Source of the DNA: Sedimentisphaerales bacterium
GTDB taxonomy: Bacteria > Planctomycetota > Phycisphaerae > Sedimentisphaerales > SM23-30
Direction: 5' to 3'
DNA: 64,000 bases
Assembly: GCA_963663965.2 (NCBI GenBank)
Contig: CAXXFK010000001.1
Coordinates: 1-64,000, forward strand
Below are positions 31,903 to 41,531 of the stretch, piece after piece. Each line of letters begins with the position of its first letter. Positions within the stretch are counted from its first letter, which is position 1. Both the position numbers and the translations under genes were made by a program. Under the pieces are notes generated by a model. The model did not search any database. It was given only the letters and a program-made list of their open reading frames with translations, and was not told where the DNA came from.

Positions 31903-32200
31903 CCGCTTATCATCCTGTTATCAAAATCATTACGTTATTAATTTTCTATTTCCTTGTTAGCTTAATGTACAATCCGCAAGATCATTGCAAAAACCTCGGT
32001 CGTAATAGAAACTCATTATGTTTAGTAACTATTAATAAAAAAAATAAAATATACCCGCATCTTCAAAGTTACACCGATAAAATCCTGATAACAGGACAGT
32101 TACAAAATAATGCTTGTATTTAAATTAGCCGACAACTATGATAAAGACCATCAGAAAACGGTACTTACTTTAACTAATTACTCTGAATAAAGTTACACCA

Positions 32201-34054
32201 ATGAACTTAAAAAAAGATATGGGGCTGCTCGATGTCTTCAGCATCGCCTTGGGCGCTATGCTGGGCAGCCTGTTTATCCTGCCGGGCCTGGCCTACCAAA
32301 TGGCCGGTCCAGCCATGATTCTGGCCTACCTGCTGGCGGGTGTCCTGGCTTTTATGGGCCAACTTTCCCAACTGGAACTCGCCTCGGCTATGCCCAAGGC
32401 CGGCGGTACCTATTTCTATGTTACCCGCTCCATGGGCGATGCCGTTGGTACCGTTTACGGCCTGATTACCTGGCTGTCACTGGTGCTCAAATCCACCTTC
32501 GAACTGGCGTTCATGGCCGGTCTGTTGATTATTATCACCCATATTGATGGACGGTTGCAGCCTGCCACGGCCATGCTGCTTTGCCTGGGATTTCTTTCGC
32601 TCAATGTTTTCGGCGCCAAAGAAGCCGGCCATTTTCAAATGATTATTGTTTTGTGCATTGTCGGAGTCCTTGGATTCTTCTGTATCCAGGCCTGTACTCA
32701 TCTCAAAGCCATCAATTTCGAACCGTTCGCTCCCAACGGTTTCGATGCTATCCTGCCCGCCGCCGGGTTTGTCTTTGTCAGCTTCGGCGCCATTCTCAAA
32801 ATCACCAGCCTCGCCGAAGAGGTCCGCAATCCCGGTAAAACCATTCCCCGGGCTATGATCATGGCGCTCGCCGTTGTCTTTCTCATTTACCTGCTGGTCG
32901 TCTTCGCCGAGGTCGGCGCCTTCGGCGGCCCGTTCGATCAATCCCCACTCGATGGCGCCAAAGTCCCGCTGGCCGAAACCATCTACGAATTCGCCGGAAC
33001 CCCCGGTATGCTGCTCATGAACCTCGCGGCCCTGCTGGCCATCTTCTCATCGGTTAACTCCGGTGTTATGGCCGCCTCGCGCTATCCGCTGGCGCTGGCT
33101 CGCGATGAAATGCTGCCCGGACTTCTGGCCCGGGTGCACTCCCGCTACAATACACCCCATTTCTCGTTAATCCTCACCTGCGGTGTCATGGCCGCCGCGA
33201 TTTTCTTCGATATCAAAATCCTGGTCAAAGCCGCGTCCGCGGTTCTGATCCTCACCTATATCTTCTGCTGCCTGGCGGTCATTATCCTGCGTGAAAGCCA
33301 CGTTCAGAACTACCGACCGCAGTACCGCGCGCCCTTCTATCCCTGGCTGCAGATCGCTACCCTGCTCGGACTCATCCTGATTATGATCGAAATGGGCATC
33401 AAGCCCTTCCTCACCAGTTGCGTGTTAATGGCGCTCGGCTTTGTCGTTTACTGGTTCTACGGCCGCGCGCATACCGGGCGCGAATACGCCCTGCTCCATA
33501 TTATTGAACGGATCACCGACCGCCAGCTCACCGATCATCATCTCGAAACCGAACTCAAAGATATCATCCACGAACGGGATGAAGTCCTCAAAGACCACTT
33601 TGATCATCTCGTCGAACAGTGCCAGGTCCTCGACCTCGAGGCCCCCTGCTCATTGGATGAATTCTTCCGCCAGGCCGCCGCGCGACTCGAACCCAGCCTC
33701 GGACTCAAAGCCGATACCATCTACCAGCTGCTCGATCAGCGAGAAAAAGAAAGCCCCACCGTCCTGAGCCCGTTCCTGGCCATCCCCCATATCGTCATCT
33801 GGGGTGAACATCATTTCAATATGCTCCTGGCCCGTTGCCGGGGCGGGATCCAGTTCTCCGAAAAAGCCGAAAAAGTACACGCCGTCTTCATCCTCATGGG
33901 CACCAAAGATGAACGTCCCACCCACCTGCAGGCGCTCGCCGCCATCTGCCAGATCGCCCAGGATGACACCTTCGAACAGCGCTGGCTCAATGCCAAAAAC
34001 CAAACCGCCCTGCGTGACATACTCTTACTCAGCAAACGCAAACGCCTCACCTGA
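32201..34054 (+). CDS. APC-family amino acid permease fused to a PTS EIIA-like domain
   Basis: About 12 TM segments, ELASAMPKAGG, AEEVRNP; C-terminal RE...AIPH...HLQALA (EIIA type 2). Confidence 0.88.
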   Translation: MNLKKDMGLLDVFSIALGAMLGSLFILPGLAYQMAGPAMILAYLLAGVLAFMGQLSQLELASAMPKAGGTYFYVTRSMGDAVGTVYGLITWLSLVLKSTFELAFMAGLLIIITHIDGRLQPATAMLLCLGFLSLNVFGAKEAGHFQMIIVLCIVGVLGFFCIQACTHLKAINFEPFAPNGFDAILPAAGFVFVSFGAILKITSLAEEVRNPGKTIPRAMIMALAVVFLIYLLVVFAEVGAFGGPFDQSPLDGAKVPLAETIYEFAGTPGMLLMNLAALLAIFSSVNSGVMAASRYPLALARDEMLPGLLARVHSRYNTPHFSLILTCGVMAAAIFFDIKILVKAASAVLILTYIFCCLAVIILRESHVQNYRPQYRAPFYPWLQIATLLGLILIMIEMGIKPFLTSCVLMALGFVVYWFYGRAHTGREYALLHIIERITDRQLTDHHLETELKDIIHERDEVLKDHFDHLVEQCQVLDLEAPCSLDEFFRQAAARLEPSLGLKADTIYQLLDQREKESPTVLSPFLAIPHIVIWGEHHFNMLLARCRGGIQFSEKAEKVHAVFILMGTKDERPTHLQALAAICQIAQDDTFEQRWLNAKNQTALRDILLLSKRKRLT

Positions 34055-34066
34055 TCGGTTCACAAT

Positions 34067-34843
34067 ATGCTCTCTTACCATTCATTTCTGCGCGACCTGA
34101 TCTGTCAAGCCGGCCAACTTTCCCTGGATTACCGCGCCCGCCTCAAAACCCTCTCAGTCAGCTACAAAAACAAAAAAGATGTCGTCACCGAAGCCGACCT
34201 GGCTGTCGAACAATTTATCGTTGACCAGATCCAACGTACTTATCCTACTCATGCCATCTTCGGCGAAGAATCCGGCCGCCATGCCGGCGATGAATTCCGC
34301 TGGATTATCGATCCTATCGATGGCACCGCCTCCTTCCTCTACGAACAACCCTACTACTCCATCTCCATCGCGCTCGAACACCACGGCCAGACCATCCTCG
34401 GCGCCGTCCACGCGCCCGTCCTGAACGAACTGTTCCTCGCCCAGCGCGACCAGGGCGCCACTCTCAACGACAAACCCATTCAGGTCTCCTCCGAATCCCA
34501 ACTCCAGCACGCCATGCTCGCCACCGGATTCGCCTGCCTGCGTGCCGACCATACCACCAACAATTTACCCATCTTCAATGCCATCGTTCCTCAGATTCAG
34601 GGCATCCGTCGCATGGGCTCCGCCGCGCTGGACCTCTGCTACACCGCCGCCGGTCGCCTCGATGGCTTCTGGGAACTCAACCTCAATCTCTACGACGTCG
34701 CAGCCGGCGCCCTCATCCTCACCGAAGCCGGCGGCCGCGTCTCCGATTTCAACAACACCCTCTCCCAATGGCCCTCCCAGGTCCTCGCCACCAACGGCCC
34801 CCTCCACCAACCCATCCTGGACATTATCCAGCAATATCGATAA
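34067..34843 (+). CDS. suhB: Inositol monophosphatase family protein (SuhB-like)
   Basis: VTEAD, GEE, WIIDPIDGT, RRMGSAALD, YDVAAG. Confidence 0.88.
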   Translation: MLSYHSFLRDLICQAGQLSLDYRARLKTLSVSYKNKKDVVTEADLAVEQFIVDQIQRTYPTHAIFGEESGRHAGDEFRWIIDPIDGTASFLYEQPYYSISIALEHHGQTILGAVHAPVLNELFLAQRDQGATLNDKPIQVSSESQLQHAMLATGFACLRADHTTNNLPIFNAIVPQIQGIRRMGSAALDLCYTAAGRLDGFWELNLNLYDVAAGALILTEAGGRVSDFNNTLSQWPSQVLATNGPLHQPILDIIQQYR

Positions 34844-35079
34844 GCACGAGAATCATCTGACTGCCATACCGGTGTTGCACAACTGCCCACAAATCCAGTG
34901 CAGTCAAACTTTTATAAAAACAGGGTTGAATTCTGTTTATTTAGTTGCCAAAATATATTCGCCGAATGCTTGTATATGATCGTGACTTGGCACTAAATAC
35001 CAAAACGATAATCTTTTTTTCTATAGATAGTTATATAACACCAACCCATTAATGGCCTGAACAGAAGTAGCGCTAAACT

Positions 35080-36192
35080 ATGAAAACTCGCCTTGACAAA
35101 ATCTCTATCAATGGCTTCAAATCCATCAAAGCGTTGCATGATTTCTCATTAGAATCCTTGAATATCATGGTCGGTTGTAACGGCGCGGGCAAAAGCAATT
35201 TTATGGACTTTTTCCGGATGCTCTCGGCCATGTCTCAAGAAAGCCTGGTCGCTTTCATAACCGAAAAAGGCGGCCCGGACGGCTTTTTCTACAATGGACC
35301 GGCCGAAACCAAAAAAGTCGATGCCCATCTGGTATTTGGTGAAAATGAATACCGCTTCGATCTGACCCCGACCGTTAACGGCCTGATGGTTAAAAATGAA
35401 GAAGTGATGTATAAAAAAACTCCTCACTGGAAATCCATGGGCGGTGGCACCTTGGAATCAGGCCTGAAATCATGGAAGGGACAATCCTCCCGAGTGGGTT
35501 CATGGCCTTCCGTCGAACACCATGTTTACGAAGCGGTTTCCGACTGGACAATTTATCACTTTCATGACACCGGCATGACCGCAACCATGCGTCGCGATCA
35601 GCCTGTTAGAGACCGCAACCGTTTAAATCCGGACGCATCCAATATCGCCGCTTTTTTGCTATCCATTCACGACCATTTCCCCAACCAGTATCAACATATC
35701 ATTTCCACCATTCAACTCGTCGCGCCTTTTTTCGATGACTTTATCCTTGAACCGGAAAAGAAAGGCGAAAATGAAGTAGTTCGTCTGGAGTGGCGTCAGA
35801 AGGGCAGCCAGTTCCCCTTCCAACCCTGGCAATTATCCGATGGATCCATTCGTTTTATCTGCCTGGCGACTGCCTTGCTCCAACCCGATCCGACACTTCC
35901 TTCTACCATTCTGATCGATGAACCCGAACTGGGCTTACACCCCTTCGCGCTGGATGTCCTGGCGGGCCTTATCCGGGATGCATCCACGCGTACCCAGGTG
36001 ATCGTTTCGACCCAGTCGTCACCTCTCTTGAATCACTTTGAACCCGAAGAGATTATCGTCGTAGACCGCAAGGCAGGTGCCTCTCAGTTTAAACGATTGG
36101 AACGTGAACCGCTTACCAAATGGCTCGAACAGTATTCCCTGGGTGAACTGTGGCATAAAAACATCTTCGAGGGAGGCCCGGTTCGTGAATAG
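35080..36192 (+). CDS. ABC/AAA_21-type ATPase
   Basis: Walker A GCNGAGKS, signature LSDG, Walker B ILIDEPELGLHP, STQS. Confidence 0.9.
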   Translation: MKTRLDKISINGFKSIKALHDFSLESLNIMVGCNGAGKSNFMDFFRMLSAMSQESLVAFITEKGGPDGFFYNGPAETKKVDAHLVFGENEYRFDLTPTVNGLMVKNEEVMYKKTPHWKSMGGGTLESGLKSWKGQSSRVGSWPSVEHHVYEAVSDWTIYHFHDTGMTATMRRDQPVRDRNRLNPDASNIAAFLLSIHDHFPNQYQHIISTIQLVAPFFDDFILEPEKKGENEVVRLEWRQKGSQFPFQPWQLSDGSIRFICLATALLQPDPTLPSTILIDEPELGLHPFALDVLAGLIRDASTRTQVIVSTQSSPLLNHFEPEEIIVVDRKAGASQFKRLEREPLTKWLEQYSLGELWHKNIFEGGPVRE

Positions 36193-36871
36193 ACTGCTCA
36201 TTCTGGTCGAAGGCCCCACCGAACGCGCCGTCATTCAGCAGGTACTGGCGGAATACCTCGCGTTGCATGGCCTCGATACCCAACCACGAGTGGTCGGAAA
36301 ACCGGGACACAAAGGCGGCAACGCCTTTGATAAAGTATTGCCTGAAATCCTTGCCTTACTCAAACAGGAACCAAACAGTTACGTAAGCACCTGTTTCGAC
36401 TATTACGGCCTTCCCGTCGACTGGCCCGGCCGCCGTGAATCCACTGACTGCGGCGATCTCGAAAGCAAATCGAACATAGTCGAAGAAGGCTTAAAATCAG
36501 CCGTCATCAATGCCTTGGAAAACAGATTCAATCCGGCCCGTTTTATCCCCTATATCCAGATGCACGAACTGGAAACGCTCTTGTTCTCCAATCCGCGCGT
36601 CATGGCCGAAATATTTGGCAAACCCGCGCTACAGAATCAATTTGAACAGATTGTATCCGATTGCGGCGGATGTGAAGCGATTAATGACAACCCTCAATCG
36701 GCGCCGTCCAAAAGGATCGGCGCGTTATTCCCAGGCTACCGGAAAGGAAGCAGCGTCAACGCCCATGCCCCGCGCATTATTCAAAAAACCGGCATTGATA
36801 CAATTAGAGACCGTTGCCCGCATTTTAATAACTGGATTAATCAATTAATCCTGATCGGCCAAAATCACTAA
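36185..36871 (+). CDS. DUF4276 family (TOPRIM-like) protein
   Basis: GTG start at 36185 overlapping the ATPase end; LVEGPTE, FDYYG, YIQMHELE, INDNPQSAPSKRI, CPHFNNW. Confidence 0.82.
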   Translation: MNRLLILVEGPTERAVIQQVLAEYLALHGLDTQPRVVGKPGHKGGNAFDKVLPEILALLKQEPNSYVSTCFDYYGLPVDWPGRRESTDCGDLESKSNIVEEGLKSAVINALENRFNPARFIPYIQMHELETLLFSNPRVMAEIFGKPALQNQFEQIVSDCGGCEAINDNPQSAPSKRIGALFPGYRKGSSVNAHAPRIIQKTGIDTIRDRCPHFNNWINQLILIGQNH

Positions 36872-36934
36872 ATCAATCACCGAAATTTTCCCCCCTCACG
36901 CCAAGCCCTCCTATTTCAACGGCCAACCCGCCGG

Positions 36935-37885
36935 TCATTCCTCCAACCAATGTTTCAGCTGCTCAAGATCACCCCGAATCGCCTCAAAGACCTGACTTTC
37001 CGGTATCGAAATATCTCGCCGCCCATGCTCTGCCCCACCCAGCTCATATTCCAGATGTAAGGAAACCGGCCCAGAAAACCCAATCTCTCTGACCATCTTG
37101 AAATAGCGCACAAAATCAACCATCCCCCGCCCCAGCGGACAGTTAACCGCGGTCCACTTATTATTCACCCGCTCCCAGTAAAAATCCTTGGCAACAAGAC
37201 TGGTAATATGCGGCGCGATCCGCCTGAAATCCACCGGCCAGCACTGCCCGCCCTCCACCGTCGCGTGACGAATATCAAATTGACAGCCCAGCTCTTGCGG
37301 ATCCACCCCCTTAATCACTTCCCACAGATCCCAGATCCCCGCGCCCAGGTAGCTCTCCCCGGCATGATTCTGATACGCGCCCTGCAGCCCCAACGCACGG
37401 TTCATCGCCGCCAGATCCTTAAAGACCGGCCGCCACTCCTCAAGCTGCCGGTCAATCGTTCGTTGCGCATCATAAGTAAAATACCCCATGCGATACTGCT
37501 TGAATCCGCACCGGGCCGCCGTCGACAGAATCGTCTCCGTCAACGGATCATCCGGATCGACAATCGCCGTTGTCATCATCTCAACAGTCAGTCCCGCCTT
37601 TTTCATCGCTTCCACCGCCCGCGGCAGATCCTCACGCACCCGTCCCGGCTCAACATGCCCCCCCGGCCGAACCGTCAGATCCAGACCATTCAATCCCACC
37701 TGCGCCGCAAACGCTGACATGCGTTCATAATCCAGCCATTGCAGATGCTTGGAAAACAGCAACACCTTCATATCCACCTTAGCCGCTTCCTCGGCTTTCA
37801 ACCTCTGACCCAACGACACCCCCGTAGTCGCCAGCAGACCAGCCACAAAATCACGACGGGACAATCCATTCATCTCATTCAACAT
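36935..37885 (-). CDS. Tat-exported sugar phosphate isomerase/epimerase (xylose isomerase-like TIM barrel)
   Basis: SRRDF Tat motif; DLTVRPGGH, QNH, FDIRHATVEG, KDF, SLHLEY; AGGAG SD before ATG 37885. Confidence 0.85.
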   Translation of the reverse strand: MLNEMNGLSRRDFVAGLLATTGVSLGQRLKAEEAAKVDMKVLLFSKHLQWLDYERMSAFAAQVGLNGLDLTVRPGGHVEPGRVREDLPRAVEAMKKAGLTVEMMTTAIVDPDDPLTETILSTAARCGFKQYRMGYFTYDAQRTIDRQLEEWRPVFKDLAAMNRALGLQGAYQNHAGESYLGAGIWDLWEVIKGVDPQELGCQFDIRHATVEGGQCWPVDFRRIAPHITSLVAKDFYWERVNNKWTAVNCPLGRGMVDFVRYFKMVREIGFSGPVSLHLEYELGGAEHGRRDISIPESQVFEAIRGDLEQLKHWLEE

Positions 37886-37899
37886 ACCGCTTTCTCCTG

Positions 37900-40449
37900 C
37901 TATTTCTTGCCAACCAGATAAGCCCACTTATTTTCCCGATCAGGATCATACCAAAACAGCCGCCAGTAGGCCTGATCCACTTCAAACGGATCAAATGGAT
38001 CCTTCTCGATATCGAACGACTCCGGCAGAACACCATATTTTTTCATTTCGCGAAGATACTGCCGGTTCGGCCTGAAACTCGGCGTACCAAAGCTGTTGAA
38101 CGAATCCAGCTTGCTTTTCGATTGCCGCAAAGCGGCCAGCATCGCCTGATAATCGGCGCTCTCTTTGCTGTCAATCCGATACGCGCAGGTCCCCCACCCC
38201 CCGGCCTCTTTGGCCAGCGGCCCCAGCAGAATCGGCGACCATTCCGGCCGGGTCACATTCACCAGGTAATCCGCCCGGAACCGCAACAGCTTGTCATTCA
38301 CAATCCGCTGATGAACCGCGTAATGCTTCTCTTTGAAATACGGCTGTTTTTCTTCCTCACTGATATCATAAGGCAGCGGCGGCGCCTGTTTCTCCCGGCT
38401 GTGACATTGCTGGCACTGCCCCATCGGCTGACTGCCAAAGACCGCCCAGGCATGCCCCCGCTGATTCTGCTGCTCCTGATTGCGCAGTGCCGCGTAGGTC
38501 CCGGCATAAGGCGCCCCGCTCTCCAGCCACAACCATACCGTTCGCCATTCCTGCTCAGACACATGAACCCCCTTGTGACCGTTGATCTTCTTCATCAGCC
38601 CGCTCGCCGCAGAACCCACCGTCCGCGGCGCGGTATTCCCAAAACCATTCTGACCGTCGGCGATCTGATCCTTGAAGATCAAGCTGAAATAACTGATCGT
38701 CCAGCTGAAACCAAGATCATCCGTCAGAATCACATGCGCCCTGGGCTTCTGGTAATTATGGCATTTAACACAATGCTGGTTCAGAATCGGCTGAATATCC
38801 CGCCGAAAATCCAGCACATCCGGATACCCCTCAAATGGTACAATCTTACTGGCCGGCCGGTTCATCGCCGCCAGCGTATTCGCCCGGATCGGCGCCGGCG
38901 TCTGGCCGCGCGGCTCATGGCAGCCGACACAACTCAGCCGCTCGCCGGGCAGGACATTGGTAAAACTCTGCATCCGCTTCACCGACAGATCGTTTTCATC
39001 CAGCGCCACAAAGATCACCGGCCGCCCCGCCGGCGCCTCAAAATAAGCCGAGCCATCCGCCTCCACCGGCACCGTCCCCAGCACCCGTTCCAGCGTAAAC
39101 GTCCCCAGCCACGAGGTCAGGTCCATCCCCCCGCTGAAATTCACCGGCTTCGGCAGCGATTCCAGAATCAGCAGTTTTTTGATCTCGCCCGGCTTGACTC
39201 CCGCCATATTCCGCCCCTCATACACATTCGCCAGCACCATCTCCCCCGTCGCGCTCTCCGGATCGGTCGTATCAACAAAGCGCTTTTCCCGCACCCTCGG
39301 CATCAGCGGAACCGGCTCATGCAGATTCACCTTCTCGTTCGTACACGTCAACACCGGCGTCACACTCCCATCCATCCGCCCCACCAGGATCTGTTTATAC
39401 GACGCCACAATAAATGACTCCCCGTCCAATGGATACGGATCGTTAAACCGCCCCTGCCGGGTCACACGTCGCAAACCGCCCGGCGCGTCCGGTCCCAGTC
39501 GGCTGGTCAACGTCGCGACATGGCCCCGATGCTCGTTACTGCCATGCCCCGGCGAATCGATCAGCAGTATGCGGTCACTGCCCGGAATCGGCTTGGCGTC
39601 GATAAACAGCGGGTAATGCTGCTGGTTGCCATAATAAACCATCACATTCGTCCCATCCGGATTCATCGTCCAGAGATGATGATACCCCACCTGGGACCGG
39701 TCCACATACTCCCAGCGCGTATACAGGATCCGCCCATCCGGCAGCACCGCCGGCGTATTGTCATGCTCATTATTGAAAGACAGCGGCTCAACCTGCCCGC
39801 CGTTCCGGTCGCACCGAAACAGCGTCGCCACCTGCGTCAGCCAGCAGTTCACCCACCGCTTGCTGCGCGTCGACACAAACACAATCTGATCATCCGGCAG
39901 ATAGGTCGCCTCAAAATCATCAAACTCACCCTCCGTCACCTGCCTCAATCCGCTCCCATCCGTCTGAATTTCATATAGATGGTAATAATCCTCCCCGCGC
40001 CTGCGGCTGGAAAACAACACCGTCTTACCATCGTAATGGATCTGCGGATCGCGCACCCCGCCCCCATCCGCGTCAAACAGCACCGAAACCTCACCCGCCC
40101 GCACATCCAGTTTAAAAATCTTCCCCTCGCCCAACTGACCATTCCCGGCATACGCCTTGTGGTTCTCATCATCGCAATAGTAGCCGATATTCGCGTACCA
40201 GTGCGGATCATCGTAAGGCAGCCGGCTGACAAAAACAATCGCCTCGATCCCGCTCTCCCGCAGCTGCTGCAAGCCCTTCTCTTCCACCCGAAACGGCAAT
40301 CCACCCTCCTGCGCCCCAACAGTACCCACCAGAACTGGTATCACCAGCCAAACCAGCGCCCAAACTCCAACCCGCCTCCAGACACCATCTCCTCCCAGAT
40401 CATATTTTCTCTTCCAATTGCTCTCTAAGCCTGTCGGTCTATTTATCAT
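37900..40449 (-). CDS. HzsA-related protein: TolB-like beta-propeller, HzsA middle-like domain, three c-type heme motifs
   Basis: DG..LRQVT, DGRILYTRWEY, LWTMNPDG, LGTVPVEADGSAYF, PGERLSCVGCHE, CVKCH, CQQCH; probable start ATG 40449 (AGGTG SD). Confidence 0.8.
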   Translation of the reverse strand: MINRPTGLESNWKRKYDLGGDGVWRRVGVWALVWLVIPVLVGTVGAQEGGLPFRVEEKGLQQLRESGIEAIVFVSRLPYDDPHWYANIGYYCDDENHKAYAGNGQLGEGKIFKLDVRAGEVSVLFDADGGGVRDPQIHYDGKTVLFSSRRRGEDYYHLYEIQTDGSGLRQVTEGEFDDFEATYLPDDQIVFVSTRSKRWVNCWLTQVATLFRCDRNGGQVEPLSFNNEHDNTPAVLPDGRILYTRWEYVDRSQVGYHHLWTMNPDGTNVMVYYGNQQHYPLFIDAKPIPGSDRILLIDSPGHGSNEHRGHVATLTSRLGPDAPGGLRRVTRQGRFNDPYPLDGESFIVASYKQILVGRMDGSVTPVLTCTNEKVNLHEPVPLMPRVREKRFVDTTDPESATGEMVLANVYEGRNMAGVKPGEIKKLLILESLPKPVNFSGGMDLTSWLGTFTLERVLGTVPVEADGSAYFEAPAGRPVIFVALDENDLSVKRMQSFTNVLPGERLSCVGCHEPRGQTPAPIRANTLAAMNRPASKIVPFEGYPDVLDFRRDIQPILNQHCVKCHNYQKPRAHVILTDDLGFSWTISYFSLIFKDQIADGQNGFGNTAPRTVGSAASGLMKKINGHKGVHVSEQEWRTVWLWLESGAPYAGTYAALRNQEQQNQRGHAWAVFGSQPMGQCQQCHSREKQAPPLPYDISEEEKQPYFKEKHYAVHQRIVNDKLLRFRADYLVNVTRPEWSPILLGPLAKEAGGWGTCAYRIDSKESADYQAMLAALRQSKSKLDSFNSFGTPSFRPNRQYLREMKKYGVLPESFDIEKDPFDPFEVDQAYWRLFWYDPDRENKWAYLVGKK

Positions 40450-40453
40450 GCTT

Positions 40454-41482
40454 TCACCTGTCTTCACTGATGCCATCATCGCTTGTTCCTGTTGTGCAAT
40501 GGTATGAATTCCTGGGAGCCGTCGAATCACAGATTGTCCGGATTCCGGGAAATGAAGGTGTGCCATACTGCCTCACGTCGATTTGAGCGTTTCTAATCTC
40601 AAGGTTCAGCTCACCGTCACTGAGCAACTCGAACAGACTCGCCCTGGGATTGTCAACCACCAACCCATCCATAACAACCGTTTTGTGATCGGCCCCCGCT
40701 TTCCACTGAAATACCGGGCATGCCTGTCCCCGCCCCCAATCGCCGGTAATGGTAATATTGGACAGTTTCGCTTTGGAATTCTGGTAGGTCCCCCAGCCGA
40801 ATTGGAAGGGCACACTGTTTTGCACCATTTTAATCGTCGTATGGGTCACGGTAATATCGAAATAACATTTGATCACGTCATCGCCGCATTCGAAGTAACA
40901 CCGATCGACCGTCGAACCATGCCCGCCCGCGAATCCATCGCTGTGGTTATGCCACCCGCCCCGATTATCAATAAATTGACAATTCTGGGCATGACACACC
41001 TTGCCCCAACCCCGGATAAAATAGGAAAAGGGATTCAACGCGGTCAGATTCTTCACCGTCAACACCCCGCCCCTGTTTTGAAACTGACAATACTCCCAGG
41101 CCCTTATCTTCCGCTTCTCGGCCCAGCTCTGTTCCGGCGTACCATACACGATCGAAGTCTTACGATCCCGGCCCAGAATCGTGCAGTCAGAGTAGCTGTG
41201 AAAAGCCCCGGTGACCGTCACATTGGGATCGATAACAATCATGGCTACTTCCCGGGGGATATCCCAGTAATGATTCTTGAAATCCGGCTTATCAAAATCA
41301 ATGGTTCCGCTAGTCGCAAACGTCAGTGTCTTTGCCGCCGCATCCCAGCAGGTACTGCCCGAATAATGATCTTGCAGTTCGTTCACCGACTGGGTGGCGG
41401 CCCCACAACACCATTGGCTCAGCATCAGGCCGCCAAACACCATCAATCCCCAGCGCAATTGAGCTATTCCATTTCTATACAA
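40454..41482 (-). CDS. Secreted right-handed beta-helix protein, GH28-like
   Basis: Signal peptide; NHSDG...GDDVIK resembles the GH28 NTDG/GDD motifs. Confidence 0.6.
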   Translation of the reverse strand: MYRNGIAQLRWGLMVFGGLMLSQWCCGAATQSVNELQDHYSGSTCWDAAAKTLTFATSGTIDFDKPDFKNHYWDIPREVAMIVIDPNVTVTGAFHSYSDCTILGRDRKTSIVYGTPEQSWAEKRKIRAWEYCQFQNRGGVLTVKNLTALNPFSYFIRGWGKVCHAQNCQFIDNRGGWHNHSDGFAGGHGSTVDRCYFECGDDVIKCYFDITVTHTTIKMVQNSVPFQFGWGTYQNSKAKLSNITITGDWGRGQACPVFQWKAGADHKTVVMDGLVVDNPRASLFELLSDGELNLEIRNAQIDVRQYGTPSFPGIRTICDSTAPRNSYHCTTGTSDDGISEDR

Positions 41483-41531
41483 TTCGTTTTCCTCAATACC
41501 AGCTTCTCTGTATGATCATTCCTACTAAACC

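Noticed and set aside
37900..40449. Anammox hydrazine synthase
   Set aside because: Only a domain-level resemblance; hzsB/hzsC are absent and the context is carbohydrate metabolism.
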